This document shows positions 47,573 through 56,681 of a stretch of 64,000 nt of DNA, one piece after another (within the stretch, counting starts at the first letter, position 1; each line of letters begins with the position of its first letter). Origin of the DNA: a virus; the IMG/VR virus record IMGVR_UViG_3300017917_003565, positions 1 to 64,000 of that record; one strand, given 5' to 3'. The position numbers and the translations under genes are program-made. The notes under the pieces are model-generated. The model made no database searches. It worked only from the letters and a program-made list of their open reading frames with translations, and had not been told where the DNA came from.

Positions 47573-48106
47573 TCACAGTGTCTCACCGCCCACAGCACGA
47601 TTACATGCACACTTCTCACCGGTCTGCAGGGCATCCAATATACGAAGAGTTTCATCGGAACTGCGACCAACGTTCAAGTTGTTGACTGTAACGTGCTGGA
47701 TAACACCTTCTGGATCCACAATGAATGTTGCACGGAGTGCAGCGCCTGCTGGTGAGTAGAACACACCCAGTTGATCAATCAAGCTCAACTCACCACGTTG
47801 GGTGTCAGCGAACTGGATGTGGCGGATCTTCTTGAGATCTTCATGTGCGGATTGCCATGCCAACTTACAGAACTCATTGTCTGTTGACCCTGTGAGCAGA
47901 ACGGCGTCGCGGTCCGCAAAATCCTGGAATAACTTGTCGTAGGCCACGATCTCTGTGGGGCATACGAATGTAAAGTCCTTGGGGTAGTACACAATGACTT
48001 TCCACTTGCCAGCGAACGATTCGTCGGTGATGGTAAAGAAATCGTCTTTGCCTGGATTCACGCCGGTCACGGCAAACTTGGTGATTTTATCTCCTACTGT
48101 TTTCAT
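47573..48106 (-). CDS. ahpC: 2-Cys peroxiredoxin AhpC
   Basis: YPKDFTFVCPTE, RATFIVDP, resolving CACN. Confidence 0.95.
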   Translation of the reverse strand: MKTVGDKITKFAVTGVNPGKDDFFTITDESFAGKWKVIVYYPKDFTFVCPTEIVAYDKLFQDFADRDAVLLTGSTDNEFCKLAWQSAHEDLKKIRHIQFADTQRGELSLIDQLGVFYSPAGAALRATFIVDPEGVIQHVTVNNLNVGRSSDETLRILDALQTGEKCACNRAVGGETL

Positions 48107-48161
48107 GCTTTCTCCTTGAAGTTTAGAAATGGTACTCAGTGTTTTTACTGAGCATGTGCAT

Positions 48162-48250
48162 ATTATATATCCTAAAAAAACCTATTGTCAACAGATTTTC
48201 ATAGGTTTTTTCTATTGTATTTTTTAATGACTGATATTAGGAAAATCTAT
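48162..48250 (-). promoter_or_regulatory. ahpC sigma70 promoter with OxyR-like box
   Basis: TTGACA-N18-TATAAT preceded by ATAG-N7-CTAT and ATAG-N7-TAAT-N7-ATTA-N7-CAAT. Confidence 0.7.
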
Positions 48251-48263
48251 AAGTCTCAAGAGA

Positions 48264-49706
48264 TCAAAACTTGGGTCGAGGATTAGGTCGGTAGAGATCC
48301 ATCTTGCCTTCGACCAGTTCGGACAAGATATTCATAACTTTGAAACTGATGGCAGTGTGAGAAGTGATGCCCTGTTGATGCATCTTGCCCAACACATATT
48401 GATGCCAAGCTGGACCATCGGGGTGATGATTTAAGTTGTTGGGGATCTTGAGTATTTCTGGATTGATTTTGTCTGCATGGAACATAACCGAACTCAAATC
48501 ATCGGCTTCGCGTCCATCAAATGTGATGAATTCATCCAGCTCGGTCCCTACATTGATGTGCATGATATCTCGTGCCAGCTTGGCATCCAGTAAATATTCC
48601 CATCCGATGTCACGCCAGTGCAATCTGCGCATGTCTTCAGACGTGTCTTCGTCCATGAGAGGATGATAAAATTTTACCGGCCGCTGATTCAGAGCAAATC
48701 GATTCCTTGCTATATGGTGTTTGTAATCCAAAGGAACTCTGGGTCTTTCTAGACTGATTTCCGGTCTCCACTGCTCGGTAACATGCTCTCGAGCATAGAT
48801 TGGATAGCGAGTCATTTCTTCAAACTCTGCATAGTCATGTCCGGCCAACAATAGGTCATCCATGAACAAAATCCAATGCAACAGGCTTTCATTGCCTAGG
48901 TGTCCGCCAATGTGTGCTCCGTCTGGATATTTGACCAACATGTCAGCTGTGCTGTAGCACTGAACAAACTCGAACTCATAATGGTTAAACAATCGAAGAT
49001 AATCTTCAAGAGTTACAGTTTCTTCAATGATGCCTCCTACTCTACCGGCCATGTGTTTCCATAAAGCTTCACGTGCTTGTATTTTTTCTGGATTCAAAAA
49101 TGCCTGATTAGGACGCCACAATGGTGAAACTTCTGGTAGGTTTCTAAAATACAACAGAGTGGTCTTTTTTTCGTAGCCCAGTTTCATAATAAAACTCAAG
49201 CATACCAAGCTGTCAATGCCGCCGCTGTAGTGCAGATACACTTTGTCATGCATGGCATATATCTTGTGAAACTCCTCGATACAGCGTTTGTACATCCGCT
49301 CAGTGTATTCGTCTAGGCTGAGATTTTTTTCAATCAAACTGACTTCGATGTGTTCATGTGTGACTAAGAATCTATAGCTGGCTGTGGGTATAACCCAGTC
49401 TCTAAAAACAGTGCCAGTGCGGTAGTCAAACGACACTATCAGTGGAAAGTTGGCTGCGCTGAAATACATGCATCTTTCAATGCGCTCGTTCTTTAACTTG
49501 CGGAAATCGTTGGTGAGATACAGATCATCTCCATCTACTCGAGCAAAAATCTTGTCACCACGTGTCAGATCATAGTTCTGGTACAGACCAGGTGGAACAT
49601 TGGCTGCATTACGATATTTTTGCAGTTTGAGTGCTTGGTGCCGCATGGGTTTTGGCGGCCGACATTTAGGCTTCCATTGGTAGCTTGGATCGATTAAATC
49701 AGACAC
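48264..49706 (-). CDS. PP-loop ATP pyrophosphatase (asparagine-synthase C-domain-like)
   Basis: YSGGIDS; GHLGNE; no N-terminal Cys glutaminase. Confidence 0.6.
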   Translation of the reverse strand: MSDLIDPSYQWKPKCRPPKPMRHQALKLQKYRNAANVPPGLYQNYDLTRGDKIFARVDGDDLYLTNDFRKLKNERIERCMYFSAANFPLIVSFDYRTGTVFRDWVIPTASYRFLVTHEHIEVSLIEKNLSLDEYTERMYKRCIEEFHKIYAMHDKVYLHYSGGIDSLVCLSFIMKLGYEKKTTLLYFRNLPEVSPLWRPNQAFLNPEKIQAREALWKHMAGRVGGIIEETVTLEDYLRLFNHYEFEFVQCYSTADMLVKYPDGAHIGGHLGNESLLHWILFMDDLLLAGHDYAEFEEMTRYPIYAREHVTEQWRPEISLERPRVPLDYKHHIARNRFALNQRPVKFYHPLMDEDTSEDMRRLHWRDIGWEYLLDAKLARDIMHINVGTELDEFITFDGREADDLSSVMFHADKINPEILKIPNNLNHHPDGPAWHQYVLGKMHQQGITSHTAISFKVMNILSELVEGKMDLYRPNPRPKF

Positions 49707-49764
49707 AGTGGGGGATTCTCCGGATTGCGTTGGTATTTAACTTTTGTTGCCGCCCGGACAAAAA

Positions 49765-50832
49765 TTACTGTTTGGGTCGGCCAATGTATTCGTGGCTATA
49801 GCACACTCGATGAGCATCACGAGCCGTAGTGGTGCCACCATAGCCGGGCATGGCTCGTACAGTGCCGTCTTTTTTGATGTAACTGGCTGCACGGCTTTTA
49901 CGATTGGTCGAAGTCGGCCGCCATAGAGGTGAATGCTCTCGGTGCTCGCCAAAGCTGGGATGAGCAGTTTTTGAAAAATATCTAAGGCCACGATCCACAT
50001 ATATCTGAGCAATGGCATCACTGAAAGCAGTACCTATTCCCATACCTTGGAACTCAGGTAGCACAACTGTTCTATGACCGCGCCAGTATGAGTGTATGTC
50101 TCTGTTGGTGGAATGTATGGCAGCATGGAAGGCCACAGGTTTGTCGCCAATAAGTCCCACATAGCAATGGACTGATCGACTCATTCTAGTATCTAGATAG
50201 TGATATTTTGAGAAATATCGCCAATAGTCCGGAGTTGTGCTTCGGATGGTGAGTGTGATCTTTGGTCGCCCCAATCGAAGAAGTGACCTCCGATTATCTA
50301 ATACCTGTAGGTCGGTATCATACACCCAGTCTGGATCCAGCCAGTCTATTATGTCTCTGTGACAACTAGCGATATACAACACGCCAGGATTGCGGTCAAA
50401 ATACTTACGAACGCTTAATGCCAAACTTTTGGCAGTATCACGATCAACCACCGATGTAAACTCGTCAATGATCGTGTGTCCTTGATCCAGGCCCATGGCG
50501 ATTTCAAATCTATGAAACTCACCATTGCTCAGAGTACTGGGTTTACGGAACCAAGCAGGTATGGTTCTCAGACCACAAGCAAGTAACAGTTCTTCGCCAC
50601 GTTCAGGTGTACTAAAGTTTTCAATAACTGTTTTATCATAATCAATATCAAAGTCAACATCAAAAGGCTTTGGATTATCTACAGTTCGAAGAATTGTAGT
50701 CTTGCCTGACCCCGAAGTTCCTACGATCAACACAATGCCTTGGGTAGGTAACTTGGGAATGACTATGTTGGGTTCAACATAGTCCTTGATATCATAGCGT
50801 TGTTTGATTTCGTCAAGATAGTTGCCAGGCAT
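49765..50832 (-). CDS. ABC-type ATPase fused to GNAT acetyltransferase
   Basis: GTSGSGKT, LSNGE, IIDEF, SCH; RTVVLPEFQGMGIG acetyl-CoA motif. Confidence 0.85.
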   Translation of the reverse strand: MPGNYLDEIKQRYDIKDYVEPNIVIPKLPTQGIVLIVGTSGSGKTTILRTVDNPKPFDVDFDIDYDKTVIENFSTPERGEELLLACGLRTIPAWFRKPSTLSNGEFHRFEIAMGLDQGHTIIDEFTSVVDRDTAKSLALSVRKYFDRNPGVLYIASCHRDIIDWLDPDWVYDTDLQVLDNRRSLLRLGRPKITLTIRSTTPDYWRYFSKYHYLDTRMSRSVHCYVGLIGDKPVAFHAAIHSTNRDIHSYWRGHRTVVLPEFQGMGIGTAFSDAIAQIYVDRGLRYFSKTAHPSFGEHREHSPLWRPTSTNRKSRAASYIKKDGTVRAMPGYGGTTTARDAHRVCYSHEYIGRPKQ

Positions 50833-51766
50833 CCGAATATTCCATTATGCTGTCAAAGGTGTTTTTGGGAGTGGGCATGATGCTGGGACTATACAACAAA
50901 ATTTCTTGTGCGGACTTGGCGGTGCGCACTGTTTTATCATCTTTCTCTTCCGTGGCTCTGCGTCCAGCAGTGTACTTGATGTCGTAGTAGTTGATTGATA
51001 AATGCCCTCGGTTGGAGGTATAAAACGTGTCGGTGTCTCCGGCCATGCGATTGCAATACATGACCAGGTGTCCGGCTAAATCTGCTGATTTGCAAAAATC
51101 TATGAGCTTGACATGTGCCGTGTCATCAAACGTGGTACCGTACTGTGTGAAACTGTCTCGATATGGTGGATCAAAAAAGTAAAACGCACGGCCTGGAACT
51201 TGATCCACACAACTTTCCCAGGATCCGCTGTGTATAGTCACTCGTTGCAAGAAAGCATGCCATTCCATGACATTGGCTCGATCATACACTGATCCGCGAT
51301 GATTCAACAGGCCCGATGGGGTACAGAAACGACCTTTGGCTTCTTTGGTGCTTTGCCATATGCCGTTGAATGCTGTTTTCATAAGGAAGTATAAACATGC
51401 GCTCTGGCGAGTGGGCGACCAGCTGGCCCAGTCAGTGATGTATTCTTTGCGTATCTGATAGTAGTAGGCCTTGCGGGCGTTGGCATCCATGGGCAGATAG
51501 GTGTTGCAATAGGCATCACATTCTTGTAGGAACACAGCCACATCGTTGCGTATGGCACGATACAGACCCACAATCTCTTCATTGATGTCATTGAGAACAA
51601 AGTTTTGAACCGTGGGATTGTTTTCATATACATGGATCATCATGGCACCGCCGCCAAAGAATGGTTCCACGTAGGTGTCGTATCCGCTGAGAGGTAGCCC
51701 TGGGGCTTCCTGATACTTGGGTATCATTTTGCTCTTGCCGCCGGCCCACATGTACAATGGTTTCAT
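50813..51766 (-). CDS. Dam-family (D12) DNA adenine methyltransferase
   Basis: WAGGK, EPFFGGGA, NDIN, FNG, DPPY. Confidence 0.92.
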   Translation of the reverse strand: MKPLYMWAGGKSKMIPKYQEAPGLPLSGYDTYVEPFFGGGAMMIHVYENNPTVQNFVLNDINEEIVGLYRAIRNDVAVFLQECDAYCNTYLPMDANARKAYYYQIRKEYITDWASWSPTRQSACLYFLMKTAFNGIWQSTKEAKGRFCTPSGLLNHRGSVYDRANVMEWHAFLQRVTIHSGSWESCVDQVPGRAFYFFDPPYRDSFTQYGTTFDDTAHVKLIDFCKSADLAGHLVMYCNRMAGDTDTFYTSNRGHLSINYYDIKYTAGRRATEEKDDKTVRTAKSAQEILLYSPSIMPTPKNTFDSIMEYSDAWQLS

Positions 51767-52647
51767 TAGGTATTTAATCTAGGGTTTACTGTGAGAATAA
51801 AATTGCTTTCATAGGCCTCGGCTATGTCTTTGGTAGAGTAGGCATTGGCCAACATGTCAAGAGCTAGATCCTTGGCTTCTGGCTTGTCCTCTCTACTGAC
51901 TCGCACCCAGGCCTGTGCCAATGGATCACGCTTGTTTTGCAAGATTTCCATGAATTGATCATCGATGCTGTTGAGCTTTTGTTTGACCAGAATATCTGCC
52001 ATGATCTGCTCAGGAGTGAGAGTTTCTTCAAACAGTGACAAGAAATGATTGGTGCGAACCTTGCTGTCAAGATAGGGCTTGATATCATTGAATTTGAGAT
52101 CGTCTAGTTTCAGTGTGGACCTCATGATTTCAAAGATTTGTTCTTGACTGAATCCGTCGGGTGCATAATGCCATTTGACATTTGAGCCATGGATGATTTC
52201 CATGTTGGTACCATGTCTGTGCAACACTTCTCCTTGGGCCGCACCAGCACCGGTGGCAAAGGTCACATATTCGCAATCAGGGTTGATCGCGGTACAAATG
52301 TCATGATTGGTGCCCCAGCGTTCAATAGCATTGCCACCGGTGCCTTGATGCTTGGCTTCAAACACACATTTGAGTCGACGGTTTTTCACTGTTCTATCAC
52401 CATCAAACCACATGCCGCCGTCGGGCACACAGCCTAACGTGATGCCCATGGACACCAGTTCTGGCAATCCAGCACGATCTCTCACGCTTTCGCTGATACG
52501 GTCACTGGTGAGATTCCTATGACCTTGTTCATAATGATATCGTTTTTGGGCCAAGGCAATGGCCTGCGAAACCACTCGGACATCGCCGTCGAGTTTTTTG
52601 GATTCTGCGCTGCCTGCTTCGGTACCTTTTTGTATGCCACCTGCCAT
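51766..52647 (-). CDS. EcoRI-like type II restriction endonuclease
   Basis: PDGG, EAKHQG, GNAIER: the EcoRI catalytic and recognition motifs in order. Confidence 0.75.
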   Translation of the reverse strand: MAGGIQKGTEAGSAESKKLDGDVRVVSQAIALAQKRYHYEQGHRNLTSDRISESVRDRAGLPELVSMGITLGCVPDGGMWFDGDRTVKNRRLKCVFEAKHQGTGGNAIERWGTNHDICTAINPDCEYVTFATGAGAAQGEVLHRHGTNMEIIHGSNVKWHYAPDGFSQEQIFEIMRSTLKLDDLKFNDIKPYLDSKVRTNHFLSLFEETLTPEQIMADILVKQKLNSIDDQFMEILQNKRDPLAQAWVRVSREDKPEAKDLALDMLANAYSTKDIAEAYESNFILTVNPRLNT

Positions 52648-52698
52648 AAATCACCCTTTATAGTCTTTCTGCTAGTTTAACACAGAGTGATTTTTTGG

Positions 52699-52944
52699 TC
52701 AACCACCATATTTCAGCAGACACAACGTGTATTTCTGGGAATCAATGATTTCGGGTTCCCCAGTAATACCACCATCCTCGTCATAGATCGGTCGGAATCC
52801 ATGTTGAGCTTCGCACCAATCCCAAAAGTTCCAATCAGTAGGATGATCTAACATGACCTTGCCTAGCATAGCCCAGTAGGCTTTACTATCGCCCACTACG
52901 GTGTCTAATCGTGCCGCCCGGTCTCGATAGAGATCATCGTTCAT
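52699..52944 (-). CDS. Small hypothetical protein (LKY-ending family)
   Basis: 81 aa. Confidence 0.6.
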   Translation of the reverse strand: MNDDLYRDRAARLDTVVGDSKAYWAMLGKVMLDHPTDWNFWDWCEAQHGFRPIYDEDGGITGEPEIIDSQKYTLCLLKYGG

Positions 52945-53263
52945 TGGGCCACCTTAGTTGAAAGAAGTTGAGTTCCTTGTCGGTGGCCAAGAAAAAATAA
53001 AATAGGTTATATTTGCTAGGATTGTCCCATGCCCAGTGTGGGTTTACTGTGTAACCATGATGTTCTAGGTAACCATGGTAACGTGCCTCGCAACTGTGTC
53101 CCCAGGTATCTGTGCACCAATTTTTCATGCGACGATACAGGTCTATCTTGGCAGGAAAATCTCGTAACTCGCCATCGTTGATGTGTATGCGATACCGAGC
53201 AAAATGACTTCCTGTGTATCTGCGATCTATAAGTTTGATATCGTAGTTTTTCATTTTGTTCAC
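52934..53263 (-). CDS. Small hypothetical protein (FxLRW family)
   Basis: WCxxxWG, FFQLRW. Confidence 0.6.
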   Translation of the reverse strand: MNKMKNYDIKLIDRRYTGSHFARYRIHINDGELRDFPAKIDLYRRMKNWCTDTWGHSCEARYHGYLEHHGYTVNPHWAWDNPSKYNLFYFFLATDKELNFFQLRWPNER

Positions 53264-53500
53264 ATGCTCTGCCAGGGCCGGCGGTTACTATAGAAGCAAT
53301 CTGTGCCACAACCAGTTGGTGGCACGTCTTGGTTGCCCGATGGGGCTCAGCAAGACAGGATTAACAACCTCGCCATCCGCTTCACGGCGCCCTGCGTTAT
53401 CGTATTGCCAACGCCAGTTGGGTTTGACTGGGACCACCCGTAGTTCGCTAAAACCACTATCATGCGGGTCACACTAGACAGGCGCTACCTGTCACGAACC
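53258..53500 (-). ncRNA. Candidate multi-hairpin structured RNA
   Basis: About eight abutting hairpins and a long-range CAGGGC/GCCCUG pair in a gap without a credible ORF. Confidence 0.55.
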
Positions 53501-53501
53501 A

Positions 53502-53696
53502 TTAGTGGAGAGTGTCTCCACCATCCACACCCCAAAATACCGATCCACCAGCATCATGAAGATCCTGCATTTTTTTGTTCATTACGGCTTCCTGTACTCT
53601 TAGTAATACTTCATCTATCTCGTCCTGTGTCAACATGCTTTCCGGCAACTTGCCTTCTAACACTGCCCAAATAATCATTTCTCTATCTTCGGTCAT
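53502..53696 (-). CDS. Hypothetical protein
   Basis: 64-aa ORF. Confidence 0.55.
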   Translation of the reverse strand: MTEDREMIIWAVLEGKLPESMLTQDEIDEVLLRVQEAVMNKKMQDLHDAGGSVFWGVDGGDTLH

Positions 53697-53704
53697 GCCA
53701 GTTC

Positions 53705-54121
53705 CTATCTACAATCACATTTCATCAATCGTTGGTCTCGATGTCTGCGCCAGACAGCATCCAGATCATCTGCACGGAATATCTTGTCAAACAATCGGTC
53801 AGTAATGCCTTCTACACCAGCATAGACGATTTCTTGTGTGCCTTCCCACCATTCGTAGTCAAGATTCCACTTTGGTATCAGAGACCCACGGGCGTCGCTG
53901 TCATGCATGGGCACTATGTTGCGCCACTGTAGCATGAGGCGGTCCAAGGTTTCCTGCCAATACCAACGGCTCCATTCCGAACTAGCACGGCCCAGAGCTT
54001 CTCGGGCCGCATCCAATCTCAAACCAAGATTTTCCATTTCCAAGCCTATCATGCGCCAGTTACGCAGATCTGCTTGCACAGCCACAAACTCTATAGGGGT
54101 TGACTTGGCAAATAGGTTCAT
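53705..54121 (-). CDS. Hypothetical protein
   Basis: 138 aa, sigma70-like promoter upstream. Confidence 0.6.
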   Translation of the reverse strand: MNLFAKSTPIEFVAVQADLRNWRMIGLEMENLGLRLDAAREALGRASSEWSRWYWQETLDRLMLQWRNIVPMHDSDARGSLIPKWNLDYEWWEGTQEIVYAGVEGITDRLFDKIFRADDLDAVWRRHRDQRLMKCDCR

Positions 54122-54157
54122 GATTTTAGTTTACTATACACAGTGGTTCCTGGTCAA

Positions 54158-54424
54158 TCAAGACCATTTCATTACGAATGCCAGACAATCTCTTTCATCG
54201 TCAAAGAAAAAACAGTAGCGTCCGGGTTTGATGTCTGAACTCATTTCTATCAACTGCCAGCGCCATTCACCAATGATTTCGCTTTTGCACCAGCTCAGCA
54301 CAGTTTCTATCGCGCCAAAAGGTTTGATGATTTCTTGTGCATAGCGGAAACTGTCACGATCTCTGACCCAATCCATCGGTGGCATCTGTGGATCGGGCTT
54401 GACTTTGCTTTTAAGCTGGGTCAT
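54158..54424 (-). CDS. Small hypothetical protein (FxMKW family)
   Basis: WC, FFFDDERDCLAFVMKW. Confidence 0.65.
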   Translation of the reverse strand: MTQLKSKVKPDPQMPPMDWVRDRDSFRYAQEIIKPFGAIETVLSWCKSEIIGEWRWQLIEMSSDIKPGRYCFFFDDERDCLAFVMKWS

Positions 54425-54812
54425 AGATCAATCTATTGACGTGTTGCTTGGGTATACCCCAGAAATCATAGCTGTCTATGATGTCACGCACATAACCAGA
54501 ACTAGGTGTGCCAGTTTTTGGATCATTCATTTCATAGAAGAAAAACTGTATGCCATCTTGTATCCAGGTACGTTTAACATAATAATATGGAAAACCTTCA
54601 AAATGATCCAGAGACTGTTCACAATCACGAGTAAGGCTCCACAACACACCCGGGCATTCGGCACCTGGCCGAGGTTCAATGGTGGCATGGCAGTAAAACT
54701 TCAGTTCCCAATCACGCAACATAAACGCACCCTTGGCTTGAGCTTGTGGGCATCTCCAATGCATCTGTCCTGGATGCATGTTAGCACCATAGGCAAAATA
54801 TAAGTTTTCCAT
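54411..54812 (-). CDS. Gamma-glutamylcyclotransferase (AIG2-like)
   Basis: YFAYGANM, GVLWSL, LDHFEG, PSSGY. Confidence 0.85.
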   Translation of the reverse strand: MENLYFAYGANMHPGQMHWRCPQAQAKGAFMLRDWELKFYCHATIEPRPGAECPGVLWSLTRDCEQSLDHFEGFPYYYVKRTWIQDGIQFFFYEMNDPKTGTPSSGYVRDIIDSYDFWGIPKQHVNRLIYDPA

Positions 54813-55051
54813 CAGCGTACGACCTCTCCAAACTTCAATCTAAAAAGCACAGCATCACGATCAGATCTGAAACTATAGATCATGCGATGTTCATCTATGT
54901 CAGTGATGTACCTGTCGCCAGGTAAACCAAACAACTCCAGGGCCTGGGCAGTCATTTCATTCCAGTTGTGCCAAGTTGTGCTCCAAGGCACGCAACAATG
55001 ATGAACATATTCAGGATCGCGCAAGATATGTTTTTTTGATATAGTCATCAC
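54812..55051 (-). CDS. Small hypothetical protein (FRLKF family)
   Basis: FGLPGDRY, FRSDRDAVLFRLKF. Confidence 0.65.
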   Translation of the reverse strand: MMTISKKHILRDPEYVHHCCVPWSTTWHNWNEMTAQALELFGLPGDRYITDIDEHRMIYSFRSDRDAVLFRLKFGEVVR

Positions 55052-55262
55052 ACCAATCTATTCCCCCCGGAGCATAATACAGATGATTGTCAGTGATGTT
55101 GAAATGATTGCAAAAGCTCTGTCCGTATCTAATGCCATGCAGGGCTTCCCAGGTGTAATCCTTCTTCCACTGCTCAAAGTCTTCAAGATCTATGGGCGCA
55201 CGTGGTACACCTGATCGATCGGAAAAGGCCACAAACTGTTCAAAAACTTTTGCTCCGGTCAT
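55011..55262 (-). CDS. Hypothetical protein
   Basis: RYGQSFCN; start moved to MTGAK (TAATG coupling). Confidence 0.6.
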   Translation of the reverse strand: MTGAKVFEQFVAFSDRSGVPRAPIDLEDFEQWKKDYTWEALHGIRYGQSFCNHFNITDNHLYYAPGGIDWCDDYIKKTYLARS

Positions 55263-55492
55263 TACAATATCCTTAGTAAACCATAAAAGTATGCCAACAA
55301 CAATCCAGCATTGACTACGACCAAACTCCATTCACGCCATACTATAGCGGTGATCAGCCAACACACTAGTCCAAGATTCCACAGATAAATGCTGGCAGGA
55401 TACAAGCCCTCCACAATGGTCAATGCTGCCATCAGTGTTACAGCAGTACTGAACCATTTCATTTTTTCTGTCACAGACAGATCTGTATTCAT
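55262..55492 (-). CDS. Small 3-TM membrane protein
   Basis: Hydrophobic; resembles 46266-46496. Confidence 0.6.
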   Translation of the reverse strand: MNTDLSVTEKMKWFSTAVTLMAALTIVEGLYPASIYLWNLGLVCWLITAIVWREWSLVVVNAGLLLAYFYGLLRIL

Positions 55493-55983
55493 TATACTAC
55501 AGGATCCCCATTGTTGTCAACTTCAATCCAAGTGTAATCTCCCAACCATTTGACCCTAGCTATGTATTGATAGTGATCCGGGGCACCTGTGCTCCATTGT
55601 GTAGGACCAAGATGCGTGAGTATAGTCGCTCCTAGTTTGTTGTCGTATGCCAACCAATAGATCTGATTATGATATACCTGGAACTGGTATCGAGCGGCAT
55701 GGACAGCATCAGTTATCTCAAGCCTGCGCCGTATACTATTGGCCTGTTTTTGCAAAACAGCCACCAAAGACATGATCCTATCGTATTCTTGCTGAGCGTG
55801 TAAACGGGCCACGTTAAGCATGATGTCTTTTTGTTTTTCAACTGGTACCAGATCAAAAGCCGGAGCACCAACCTCCACAGGATAAGGCGTAGATGTACGG
55901 TTGATGAACTCCACCAGACTATTGCCCATGGTGGCATCGAAACTGGTGCGACCTTTGGCACGATTGCTAGATTCTTCACTCAA
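55492..55983 (-). CDS. Hypothetical protein (DUF2452-like)
   Basis: YP, coiled coil, IYWL, P-QW, DYTW pattern. Confidence 0.6.
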   Translation of the reverse strand: MSEESSNRAKGRTSFDATMGNSLVEFINRTSTPYPVEVGAPAFDLVPVEKQKDIMLNVARLHAQQEYDRIMSLVAVLQKQANSIRRRLEITDAVHAARYQFQVYHNQIYWLAYDNKLGATILTHLGPTQWSTGAPDHYQYIARVKWLGDYTWIEVDNNGDPVV

Positions 55984-56680
55984 AAGTCAACTCCGGTCGA
56001 ACCACCTTCCAGAAATAAAAGTCATTCTGGCGATCATGCCCCAGTAGCCATTGCCCATTAAGCCGTAGTGTAGATTTAGTGTCCCACACATGTTCTACTA
56101 CGCTACGCAAGGGATTGTCGTAGGCCACAGACCACTGCACAGGATGTCCTGATGTTTCATCATGGAACCAATATTCCATGACTTCTCGACCTCGTCGGCT
56201 GTGGAAGATACGGCTGTGTTTACGGAGTTGTTTGGTGTGCCCTTCACGTAGGATAGACGGCGTGGCATCATTCAGTGTGGGTTGGATCAAGGTCTGTTCG
56301 ATCAAGGTAATCCGCTGAATATCTTCTACATAGAAGTAAGGCAAGCGATAGATCATGCCACGATGGCATTCTCTCATGATACCACCGTTGCAGATGTCAT
56401 AAAGATCACGACTAAACTGGCTAGGCTCGGTGTTGGATTTCAGTGCTCGTACGGCCAACTTGTTGCGATAATATTTACGAGTTGCATCAGCCATTTCTCG
56501 ATCATGATCATGAGCTTCAATATCAGACCAGTCTACCCAACGCCGGTTGGGAAACTTGGTCCACACATGATATGCCGCCCACGACAACGCCAAGGGATCG
56601 GCTTTTTCAGTCAAGGGCCTGCGATCTTGTGCTCGTTGCTGTATCTCGTATTCTTCCAAAAAAGTTTCTGTATCTGCCAT
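55976..56680 (-). CDS. Hypothetical protein
   Basis: Start moved to MADTE; LPYFY motif. Confidence 0.6.
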   Translation of the reverse strand: MADTETFLEEYEIQQRAQDRRPLTEKADPLALSWAAYHVWTKFPNRRWVDWSDIEAHDHDREMADATRKYYRNKLAVRALKSNTEPSQFSRDLYDICNGGIMRECHRGMIYRLPYFYVEDIQRITLIEQTLIQPTLNDATPSILREGHTKQLRKHSRIFHSRRGREVMEYWFHDETSGHPVQWSVAYDNPLRSVVEHVWDTKSTLRLNGQWLLGHDRQNDFYFWKVVRPELTFE

Positions 56681-56681
56681 A

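Noticed and set aside
9762-48106. Bacterial chromosome origin suggested by aceA, serC, clpA, infA, ahpCD
   Set aside because: Each gene is isolated among phage structural, lysis and hypothetical genes with phage-type promoters and without its usual operon neighbours
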